Below, one piece after another: positions 25,421 to 36,263 of a stretch of DNA of 64,000 nucleotides. The stretch's first letter is position 1, and each line of letters opens with the position of its first letter. Both the position numbers and the translations under genes were made by a program. Origin of the DNA: Lama guanicoe (lineage: Eukaryota); contig MU054391.1 in NCBI GenBank assembly GCA_013239625.1, positions 3,067,130 to 3,131,129 of the forward strand, read 5' to 3'. Below the pieces are notes generated by a model. The model saw only the letters and a program-made list of their open reading frames with translations, did not search any database and was not told the DNA's origin.

Positions 25421-25534
25421 AGACTCAAACCTCTGCTCTAACTTCTCAACAATCCTGACTCTTTCTGCCTCAAAATCTCCGTAATATCAGAGGTTTCACA
25501 GACAACATTTTTAAAAACAAATGCTCCAGTAATT

Positions 25535-25885
25535 TTAATTTTTTCCCAAAGACTCTATTATTTGAGAGCAGGGGGAGATCAGAGATCCCCCTCCTCACGT
25601 GGGCACGGCCCCCCTCCCCCCGCTATCAGACTCCCCACCAGAGTGGGACCTTTGTGACAGTGGGTGAACCTACACTGACACGTCATTATCACCCAAAGTC
25701 CACGTGAACCTGAGGGTTCACTCTTCGTGGTGCTCATTCTACGGGTTTGGACAAACACGGTGACATGAATCCACCATTGTAGTATCATAGAGTGCTTCCC
25801 TGCCCTAAAAGTCCCCTGGGCTCTGGCAGTTTATTCTGAGCCCCCAGCCCCTGGCAACCACTGGTCTCTATGTCCAGTTTTTCCT
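25535..25885 (-). mobile_element. L1MC-type 3' UTR fragment
   Basis: ccccaccagagtgggacctttgtgacagtgggtgaacctacactgacacgtcattatcacccaaagtcca...ccctggcaaccactg. Confidence 0.85.
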
Positions 25886-27520
25886 TACTTGATGTCTGTT
25901 GAGGCTTCATTGTTAGAGGTTATGTGAGGAAGGAGTTTAACCATCGCAGCCTCGGGATCGGGTCTGGTGAGGCATCCACCTTCAGGACAGAAGCATTTCA
26001 GAAATGTCCTGACACCAGTTTCCCTGTAAGTATCGGGACGCTGTCTCCATGGCGATGAGACTCGGCCCCTGCTCTGGGCGCTGTGGAGTGTCCTCCAGCA
26101 CCTGCTCCCTTCGCACCTTGGCACGTGCCCCATCTGGGGCACAAGTATCCCAGATCCGTGCCCAGCTGTCTGGGCTCTTCCATCCCTGCCCCAGCCCACT
26201 TCCTCCAAGCGGGACCTCTTTGCCTTGCTGAGCTGTTCCCAGCACAGGGGACGCTGGCTGGTGACGTGAGTGTCCCGTGGATAAATCTTCCAGGACAGAA
26301 CAGATGCTGCATTCAGTTTGGCCTTTCTGATGTGATACACTTTCTATCCCAGAGTTTTGAGGTCTTATCTCAGGGTTTATAGGACTTTGGGGTGCAGGGT
26401 TATCACCTTCTGAGTTGGGCCCCCTGGCTTCACCTGAGTCAGCATGTCTGGGCAGCCCAGGAGCCTGCTACCCACACAGAGGGGGCCCTGGGCTGCTGCA
26501 GGAGGCACTGCCCTGGGGAAGACCCCGTGGGGCTGGCGGGGTCATTGTCCCTTACCAGTGCGTGGTGACTGCAGATGTGCCAGGGCCGGGTGGGGACGTG
26601 CTGGCTGTTTTGTGGGGCCTCACGGTCTGAGTGAACTTGGGCAGGTTTCCTCCTTGTTCTGAGCCTCCTCCACAGCCTGGGAGGAGGGAATTCGAATATG
26701 TGACGGTCCCTTTCTGTCCTTAAGAGCCCAGGAGAATAGGGAGCCAGGAAATGGCCTGGCTGTTGGCCAGTTCTGTGCCCATATCCCCAGGCAGCCAGGC
26801 AGCAGTGAACCAGGTGGCAGGTCGTGCCCTCAGCTCTGGGGGCGGCTACCCCCAGGGAACCTGCCTGCCCCCAGCCACCTCCACGCGGCCGCTCCCCTCC
26901 CCTCCCATCACTGAGAAGCAGAGCCCGCCCCGGGCCTCTCAGTCTCTCCACCCTCCGTTCCCACCTGAAGACTTGCCCTGTGCTCCCGGGTTTGGGGTCA
27001 GCCTGTGTTATGGAAACCACTCAAGACCAGGAGTCGAAACACTCAGATTCCAGTCTGCCTCTGCCCCCGTGAGTCTGCGCCCGGCCGGTTACTGGACCCG
27101 ACTTTGGTTTCCCACGGACACAATGGTGGGGTTTGTGTGCGTTCCTGCTTCTCCACCTGGAGCCCCCGCCGGGTTTCTTTGTGCCAGATACTCCTAAGTC
27201 AGTTCTAGCCTCCGAGATTCTGGCTCAGGAAGTTTGAAGCAAGGTCCAGACAAAAGATACCTGGGCAAAAGCAGCCATATCGGGGAAGCTGAAGGGCTCG
27301 CTGGCTCTGGGCCACGGGGGTTCCCTAAGCCACCCTCGCTCCGTCTGTAACTCACCCGACACCCAACTGGCAGGCGGGCCCGTTAGGGCCACGCTCCTAC
27401 ACTCGGATGCTTCATTGTGAGACTCAGCCTGCTGTCAGAGGCCTCTGCCTCCTACCTAGGCTGCAAGTGCACGTGGACCAATTCATAAGTGAGACTGATT
27501 CGGTCATAAAAATACCATCT

Positions 27521-27991
27521 ATTTGTGTCATTTCTTTAGATTCCATGTATAAGTGATGTCATATGATAATTGTCTTTCTCTGTCTGACTTACTTCACTTA
27601 GTATGATCGTCTCTAGGTCCATCCATGTTGCTGCAAATGGCATCATTTCATTCTTTTTTATGGCTGAGTCGTACTCCATCATGTATATACACCACAAATG
27701 GATTTATTTACAGAAAAGCAATGGACTCATAAGAATAGGAAACAAATTTATAGTTATCAAAGGCGAAAGGGATGGGGATGGATAAATTAGGAGTTTGGGC
27801 TTAGCAGATACAAACTACTATATACAGAATAGATAAACAACAAGGTTCTACTGTAGAGCACAGGGTTCAATAGCTTGTAACAACCTATAATGAAAAAGAA
27901 TATGAAAAGGAATATATATATCTAACTGAATCACTGTGCTGTACACCAGGAACTAACACAACCTTGTAAATCAACTCTACTTCAATAAAAA
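27521..27991 (+). mobile_element. Artiodactyl-type L1 3' end with a 5' inversion
   Basis: 27521 to about 27696 is antisense L1; about 27694-27991 is sense L1 3' UTR ending in aataaaaa. TSD aaaaataccatct (27508-27520) / aaaaatgccacct (27987-27999). Confidence 0.92.
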
Positions 27992-29334
27992 TGCCACCTG
28001 GGGCCAGCACAGAGGCAGCCCTCACCTGGCAAACATCTGCGGACCCTGTAACCAGGTATCCAGGGCTGGGACCTAAATCACCTGAGGCCTCTCCTTGAGC
28101 GTAGAGGGGCAGTCCTGCTGAAGAGTCCCCGAGGTAAGTGCATCAAAGTGGTGTCCCCGAGTCTCAGGAAAAGCCCAGGGTCACATTAGGCTCCACCCTC
28201 TCTCCTTTTACACATGGCATCTGGGAAGTGCTGTGAATTGTGACGACCCTTCGATCTGCATCATTGTGATGTCCTCACCATGGTACGGCTTCCTACTAAA
28301 CTATTTTATAACCGCAGCAGTATTACCAGGTGCAATCTTTGGAGCATCTGCTGATGCCAAATGCTCTTTTAAGCCCTTCCCATGCGTGATCTCGTGTGCA
28401 CACACGGGTAACTCTCGTTACCTTCACGTCCGTCACGTACAAGGGAAGCAAAGACCTGACCGTCTGAGCGGCTCCACCCGGGGGTGGAACTGAGACACTG
28501 TGACCAAGAGGTGGCCTGGCTCTAATCACTGCCTCACGTGCCCCTCCAGGACTCCACGTGGCCTCGGAAGGGAAGAAACCGTCGCGGGGCCCGACCACCT
28601 CCCCTCTGCGAGCAGGTTTTCTGTGTTACAGGCTTTGACGTTATGCCTGCCGAGTGCATTTGGGGGAAGGTATTATTTTGGCCTCTGGGGAGGTTTAGAT
28701 TCAAAATGAGAACAACCCAAAAAAAGTCAGAAAAATGATGGTGATCTGAGCCACCCAGCCTCCCTGTTTGGCTCAGAAGGAACCCCTGCTCTTTGACACG
28801 GTGCTGGAAGAGGGCTTACGCTGCCACGCTGCTCTGTCTAGGGGCTGGAACTGTGCACGGGTCGCACGGCGTCCTCCGGGCTGAGGCACCCGGTGTGACA
28901 CTGCGTCAGGCGCGGGGAGGTCAGTGCTTTTGCCGAAGCCCCTGATCTTTGCCGCGACTGCTGGAGGGAGCCGGTCCGTCCTGTTCCCAGACATGTGCGT
29001 TTGCTCTGAGCCAGGTGACTTTGTGAAGTGGACTTTCCAAAGCTTGAGCGGCTCCTGCTCCTTCAGGCGGGGGCACTGAAGCCCCCAGCACAGTGCGGTC
29101 GGGAGTGGAGGGGCCGCGTGGTCTGACACAGGCTCCAGTCCCGCTCCCCCTCATCTGCTTCCTGAAGGGCCAGCCGCCCTGAAGGCCCCGTCAGCTGTTT
29201 CAGGCCCGAAAACAAACCACTGCAGCCCTTGTGCCCGAAGGCAGGGCCGGACCAACCTTTATTGTGTCTTATTCTAGCACCCAGCGCTCTGCCCCGTTCC
29301 TGCCGCTGCCAAACCCCCCTCCCAGTGGCACAAG

Positions 29335-29455
29335 TTCTGAGGTCCCTGGGGTGGCTTAGAAGGCTGAAGCCCAGGAGATGAGGGCCCGAGGTCGTACAGT
29401 GAGTGGCAAACGGGGCCTCAAACCCGAGTTTCAGATGCCAACTCCCGTGCTCCAG
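29335..29455 (-). mobile_element. MIR SINE fragment
   Basis: cccgaggtcgtacagtgagtggcaaacggggcctcaaacccgagtttcagatgccaactcccgtgctc. Confidence 0.55.
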
Positions 29456-30405
29456 TCACATCATTCGGTCACTACTTCGAGGCTACCACGGGTCTGCTCT
29501 GCTTTGCATCAGGGAGTAACAGGGTTAAATTGGATTCTCGCTGGCCCTGCAGCCATCAGTGTCCTTTCTCTCTGGGATGCAGGTCCCCTGTTGTCAAGTG
29601 GGGGTGGATCTGTGTGAAGATGGACGGGGTGGTGTGAAACCCACTCTCTCTCATCCACCAGTCTGCACTCCAGATGCAAAGGAAAGCTGAACAATTTTGA
29701 AAATGCCATAGGTGTACGTAAGAAGTGTGGCAAGGCATATTTGCAGATGCTGCAGAAGAAGGGGAGTTAAAGATGGTACAAGCAGGGATTAGAGCCAAGC
29801 ACCTCATGAAGCTGCTGGGACCAGAAGGACATCTTAGGGTCTGAGGCCTGACAGCTGCCTGTGCATGCTCGGGGAGCGTGCGGATGCTGTGGGTGATGAG
29901 AATCGGGGAGCAGCTTTGCAAAGCCCGGAGCTGGGACGGAGCGACCGTGTCTGCCTAGAGTGAGTGGCGCTTGACTTTCTGCATCTGGGAAGGCAGAGCA
30001 GTGCCTCGCGTGGGCTCTGGACCCCAGGCACGCCTGGTGTGTGGGGCTTCGATTCATAGTCTGCACTATTTGAACAATTTGAGAAGGAATTGAATGTAAA
30101 AGCTGATCTGGAGCTAATCGCCACCCCCACGGCCTCCGCCCGGCAGAAAGGATCACCGCTCCCGGAGAGGTGCCGGCACAACACCGGGCGCTTCCGGGAC
30201 TCCGGGGGAAGACGTGCTCACAGCACGTGCGGAAACTGTGAGGCTGAACAGAGTCAGTAAAAGGAGAACTCACGCCCGAGGACCTACAGATGAAGGAAGC
30301 ATCCAAATGCACCTCTGATCATTCGGAACACGTTTTAAAGGGGAAAATAAAGGAACATGGCCCACATTCCAACAGCAGAACTTAAAAAAAGATAATCACT
30401 TGACT

Positions 30406-30489
30406 GGTGGGCATAGCTCAGTGGTAGAGCATGTGCTTAGCATGCATGAGGTCCTGGGTTCAATCCCCAGCACCACAAAATAAAAAATA
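30406..30489 (+). mobile_element. tRNA-Ala(AGC)-derived SINE (camelid Vic-1-like, short form)
   Basis: tagctcagtggtagagcatgtgcttagcatgcatgaggtcctgggttcaatccccagcacc plus an A-rich tail; A and B boxes present, acceptor stem does not pair; degenerate flanking duplication (aaagataatcact / aatagagtcact). Confidence 0.9.
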
Positions 30490-32630
30490 GAGTCACTGAA
30501 AAAGTGAACGAGTTGGACTAGAATGTCCCCTGGTCTCTGATGTCTTTGTCCCTGATGGTAACGTCCTCGGACTGGGGACGGGTCTCAGCTGACCTTGGGT
30601 GTCAACGCCCCACGCAGTGCTCGGGGCTGGGTAGGCGCACAGGACACGTGTGCCTGCTGAACCGGTGAGCCATCCGTGCACGTGTCCCGGGGGGGCCGCT
30701 CCTTCCAGAACCTTCACATGTGCTCGGGGGTCCTGCCGGGTGGATTCCATTCCAGCCAGGCATCGTGGGCCTCAGCTTAGTGTGTGAGGGGGTGATGTGC
30801 ACGGCCAGAGAGGAGGGCGGCCGGAGGGGGACGGTGCCCAGGTTCCTGTCTACACCCTGCAGGGGCTGAGCACAGCCTGGCGCGTGGATTTCATTACAGC
30901 CGGTGCGGTGGACACACAGAGGGTCTCCCCGCTGGGCCGGTGGACACATGTGGGTCCCCTCAGCAGCTCCCCTCTCTGCCCTGTCTCCGTCACTCCACTG
31001 ATTGTGATGCCGTCCTCCTGTGCTAACGAGGACCTTGGAAAAATGACGTGTGCGGCATGATCTGTACGGAGCTTACTGAGGATGGCAAGTAAACACGGTT
31101 AACGGCTGGGCTGCCCTGGCACATCAGGAAGCCTACGGGCTGCCACGTACAAAGACACTTCCGCTGCCTCCTTTGGATCTGACGCTTGTCTCCGGTTTCC
31201 GCTCAAGAGGTCTAGTCTTGGGAGGGGATGACTGCCAGGCCTCCCTCAGCAGCGCGGTGGCTGCCTGGCTACCCAAAACCGTGTTGGCATGGCTTGATCA
31301 TCCTTATTGCACCCCATAGTGTCCTCAGGGTGTCTGCTGGCCTTTACCAGTGTGAAGAGACATGAGCTGTCAAAGAGAAAGCTTAGACACACCGCTGGGC
31401 ACGATTCTCACCCGTGGTGTAAAGTGACTTGGTGACAAGAACTGAGGCTAAGCTCTAGGACCTCGCTGTCCTGAACTTGGCTGATGTCTAGATGTATCAG
31501 GCATTCGGCCCCAGTGCGAGGGTGCAGAGTGGGCTCTCTCCCCTGTGACCAGCAAGCTCCGGAGAGTCAGACCTCATTCATCCTGCAACCTTACTGACCG
31601 GGAGACTCCAGAAGGAAGAGAAAGTTTGTGAGAAGCCAAAACAAGAACTAAGAGTGTGCCACCTACTCACAGGGGAACAACCAGACAAGAGATGGCCAAC
31701 CTGGCTCCCTCAAAGCCCCATGCTGACCGACTCCTCCCCCTGACGTCACCCTGGCCGAGGCGTGCACTTTTCCTTCCTGAGGAAACAGCCAAGACCGTGT
31801 GCTCGCTTGCCTCTGGGCTGTTGCCCACAAGATGCTAACAGTATCGTGCCATAGGGGCAAAGGCAGAAGAGGCCAGGCAGCTGACTTTGAGAGCCTTGGC
31901 CTCCTGAGAGGAGCCGTGCTGGCTGGGCCTGCAGAGGAAGCTGCAGAGATGTGGGGTTTTCAGGCCAGGCCAGGGCAGAGGGTGTCTTGGGGCGAAGGGT
32001 GGGATGACTCCCTGTTGTTGACGTCATTGTGACTGCCGTCCCGTGAGTCCCTGGGACCCCAGTTCCATCAGAGACGTTAAGGACTGGGAGGATACTCAAC
32101 ACAGAGCCACTGCCGTGGGGAAACTGGCAGAGCACCCCCCAGACTCAGCTCAGACACGGCCCACCACAAAGGGAGCACCGGGGGTGACCAGGGAGCTTAT
32201 CTGGGGCACACGTGGGGCTGATGAACAGGGAGCACGTCCTTGAATGTTTGAACTGTATAGAACCTTCTGGGATTTTGTTCAAGTCCAGGAGGAATGGCTC
32301 AAAACATGATTAATTTGCAGCCAGCAGGTTGAAGAGAAATTTGGATCAGGTTTTATTTCATTTGGAGAAATAACAGCATATGCTAGTTCTGTTGGGATCT
32401 AAAGTTCTATAGAGTTTGCTGGTGAAATGAATTTCCTCCAAGAAGCAGGGACGCAGGGGGCAATGTTATGATCTGTCTCAGCAGGGAACCTGCAGCTGCC
32501 TTCAGAGTGGGACCGGCACAGGGGCTGCAGAATGCTGGGGGCAGGGACAAAGGACAGGTGCCAAGGGCGCTCCAGGCTGTGACCCCCTTGCCAGAATGGA
32601 AGTGATTGCTTGACCAAAATCAGTTTCGGG

Positions 32631-33775
32631 CTTTTTATTTTTGCAGCTTTATGGAGGTATAATTGACAAATAAAAACTCTCTATTTTTACACAGAAGGTG
32701 TACAGCCTGATGCTGTGATTTACACATACAATATGAACTAAGCACCACAGTCAAGCTCATTATATATCTTGCTCCACACAGTCGCGTTTTTTGTGCGTGT
32801 GGAGGAAGGGCACTTCACCCCTAACCTCTTACCAAGTGTCAAGGACACAACACGGTATTGTTAACTAGAGTCACCAGGCGGCACATGAGACCCCAGAACC
32901 CACTCACCTCATACCTGAAAGTTCATACCCTGTGACCAGCGTCGCATTTCCACTCCCCTGCCCAGCTGTTGGCAACCGCCGTTCTGCCCTCTGCTTCTGT
33001 GAGTCTGACTCTCAGGGTCCGCACGTAGGTGAGACCAGGCAGTGGCTGTCTTTCTGAATCTGGTTTATTTCATTTAGCATAATTTTCTCCAGTTTCATCC
33101 AGGTTGTCTCGTGACAGAGTTTCCTTCTTTTTAAAGGCTGAGTATTTATATGACCTCATCTTTAACCTCCCATTCCTTGATGAACACTCAGGGTGTCTCC
33201 ATGTCTTGGCTGTTGTGAATGATGCTGCAGTGAACATGGGGGCGCGGGTCTCTCTTGAGATCCGACTTCATTTTGTTTGGCTCTGCACACAGAAGAGGGG
33301 GCGCTGGACCACAAGGCAGCGGAAGTTTCAGTTTTCTGAGGAGCTGCCGTGCTGTGTCCCACAGTGGCTGCACCAGTTTTCTTCCCGCCCGCGGCGCGCC
33401 GGGCTTCTCCTCCTCCACACCCTCACCGACGTGCATCTCGTGCCTCTTTGATGACTGCCGTCCTGACAGGTGTGAGGTCGTCTCTCACTGGGGCTTCGAT
33501 GTGCATTTCTCTGACGATTAGTGACGGGGAGAATCTCTTCACGTACTTGCTGGCCATTTATGTATCTTCCTCTGATAAATGTCCATTCGGGTCCTTTGCC
33601 CATTTTTAATTGGATTACTTGTGTGATTTTTTTTCTTTTTTTTGTATATTGATGTGTAGTAATCCCTAATATATTTTGGATGAGAACCCTTTATAAGACC
33701 GGTGACTTACACATGTTTCCCCATTCCATAGCCTGCCTTTCTCTCTGTTGATTGTTTCTTTTGCTGAGCAGAAGC
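32631..33775 (-). mobile_element. L1MA-type 3' end (3' UTR plus ORF2 C-terminus)
   Basis: cagctttatggaggtataattgacaaataaaa...ttttaattggatta...gttgattgtttcttttgctgagcagaagc are standard antisense L1 blocks. Confidence 0.9.
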
Positions 33776-36201
33776 CCCATCGTGTTTTCTAAGGCTGACA
33801 CTCCTGGGCTAAAAACAGAGACATCTGAGCTTTACCTGGCATCCCACCACGAAGCTGAATCAATGGTCAGCCTCTGAGGCCAAGAGAAGAGTCAGCTGAT
33901 GGAGTCTCGCAGATGCTGCTGTTTGTTTGGGGTACCAGGTGTTTGTGGACCTGGGGAGACTTCCTCTTCAATGACTGTGCAGAGAAGATACCTGGCTAAT
34001 TTAAAGCAGGCTTTGAGCATGCTGCCAGTCAGAGAAACAGCACAGGTCACCCACCTAAATACCCAGGGGGCGATGGTTCTGTGTTTTTCTGAGAGCAGAA
34101 ACATGACATCAAGGCTCTGGGCAGGGAGCTGTGACAACGGAGGGATGGCTTGGGCCTCAGTAGGGTGGGTGTGGTGGGAGCAAAGCTGGGGGTGTCCAGC
34201 ACAACTGGATTTAAATCCTGTAAGTATCCTCAACCAGTGGGGGTGTCAAAGGGAGGGAGAGGGGAGGAAACAAAGCGAGGCAGGAGGCCTTGACACCACT
34301 CACTAGCTGCGGCAGGCAGGACCAATCTCTGCAGCAAAGAGGTGTTCCAGAGAAGCCAGTGTGGGCGCCCAGGAGCCGGCCTCTCAGCGCCGCTGACAGC
34401 AGAGAGGCCACTGTTACTCGCGGTTTCCTTGCACACGTGTGCAAAGGCTTTGGAAGAGGAGGCTTGAGGTGGAGGCAAGTACAGAAACAGATTCCCTTGC
34501 CTGGAGCCCGAGTGGGGAAATCCACTCAGAGACGAGCTCCCAGAGCTTTGGAGAGCACACCCTTCAGTCTCGCATGGTTTGTAGGGGCTTTGGGGGGTGG
34601 CGCTGGGGAAGCAGAGATGGGTATTCTGTGGGAGGCTGACCCAGCAACGAAGATTCTGAGTAGTAACCTGGAAGCAAAGGAATTCCTGGACAATGGCGGC
34701 CAACTGCAGGAGTCTCAGAGACTAGAGCCCTTTGGGGTGTGTAAGAGATTAGGTTTGCCCATCAGGCCCCAAGATGCAGGAAGGATTGACCAAGAGGCCC
34801 AAATGCCCTCTGCCCCCTGCCCTGCCACGGCTGGAAGCCGGATCTGATGACGGTGTGGCTCTGAGTCAGGGCTGGTTTGGTGCAGGCTGGGAGCCGACAC
34901 TGCGGCAGTGCAGACTTGTTTAAATGATACAGTGTTCCCCTTGAATTTCAGAGAAAACCGAACGGTCTTACTGACCTGCCTCTTCTGACACACGTGGCAC
35001 CCATCGCTTCTGCTCACACCCTGTTGCCCAGAACCCCCAGCCACAGGGGGGAGGGGGAGGGCTGGGGGATGCAGTCTTGTTCCGATTGGCCACACGCCCA
35101 GCTAAGTATTGGGGGTCCTGCTATGACGAGAGAGGAGAGGGGCACGAATACTGGGAGTCGTCTAGCAGTCCAGACCACAGGGTCCTCTCCAGCCCAAAAG
35201 AGCGATCAGGTTAAAAATTAGAATAAATAAGATATGAAGGTAAGGAACCCCCTGAGAGCCATGTCGCTTGAGTGGAACTTGAAGCGATGTATCTGCTTTC
35301 GTTCAAATCGTCTGCTTTCTTGAAGGTAATACTCTGATGATCGTGGAAGCAGTAACAATTCCTTGCCTTTGTTTAGGGGAAAAAAAAGTGTGGCCAGCCA
35401 AACAGAATTAACTAACGACCACACCGCCAGGAGGCGACTGTCTCTCTGCTGACGTCTCTTGTTCCTGCGTGCTCCGCAGACGTACACTTTGTAGGAGTGT
35501 GTTGGCGTTAATGAGAGGCCCGTGCTGGATCCGTTATCCTTCGGCAGCACTGTTTTCACTTCGGTCGTTTGGCCAGTGTCTCTGTGTTGGCTGTCGATGT
35601 CCTCAGAGTCCCTTCTTTCCTGGACGGAGCCGAATCAGAAAGAGGGGGACGCGGGGAGTGTCCTGAGGGTGCTCTCCCTGCGGGGCTTTGGGAGGGAAGA
35701 TGCTGTAAAGAAGGGAAGTGTGGATACCAGCCCCCCAGGTGCTGGTGGAGGTGGACCCAGTGCCCAGGTCCCGCCGCCCACACGACCTCCACTCACTCGG
35801 CCCAGATGGGTTTTTCCACCAAGTTTTGATGACACTGCCCCCTTCGGCCCCTTTGGCAACCCCCTGTCTGGCACGCCTGCCCTCTGGGTCCTTAACAGAG
35901 AGTAGTATGCATGTCACCTCCCAGGCGGTCTGCACTGAGAGGTACGGGTGTGACCAGAACCCACGAAGCCTGCCGTGCAGACCCCAGGGCAGCCGAACCA
36001 CTTTGTCTCCCAAGCTGCTGATCTTATGGCACCTTATCCAAGTCCAAGGACGGCGACGTGAGTGTCCGTGGCCGTCTAAGGCCTGAGGACATGCTGAGGG
36101 GGCCGCCGCATAGCCTCCGGGGTTGAGCTTTAATTTGAATTGGAGAGTACACTCCTCAAGGTCAGCTTTTCCTGGGGTCGTAGGTTAGTTTTAGCACCTA
36201 G

Positions 36202-36263
36202 GTGTGTGCCTGTGTGTGCCCGTGGGTGTGTGTGTGCGTGTGTGTGTGTGTCAGGGAGTGTGT
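36202..36263. repeat. Imperfect (GT)n microsatellite
   Basis: gtgtgtgcctgtgtgtgcccgtgggtgtgtgtgtgcgtgtgtgtgtgtg. Confidence 0.9.

Noticed and set aside
30406..30478. tRNA-Ala(AGC) gene
   Set aside because: The acceptor stem does not pair, it is followed by an A-tail rather than a T-run terminator, and it has a flanking duplication, so it is a SINE or retrocopy.
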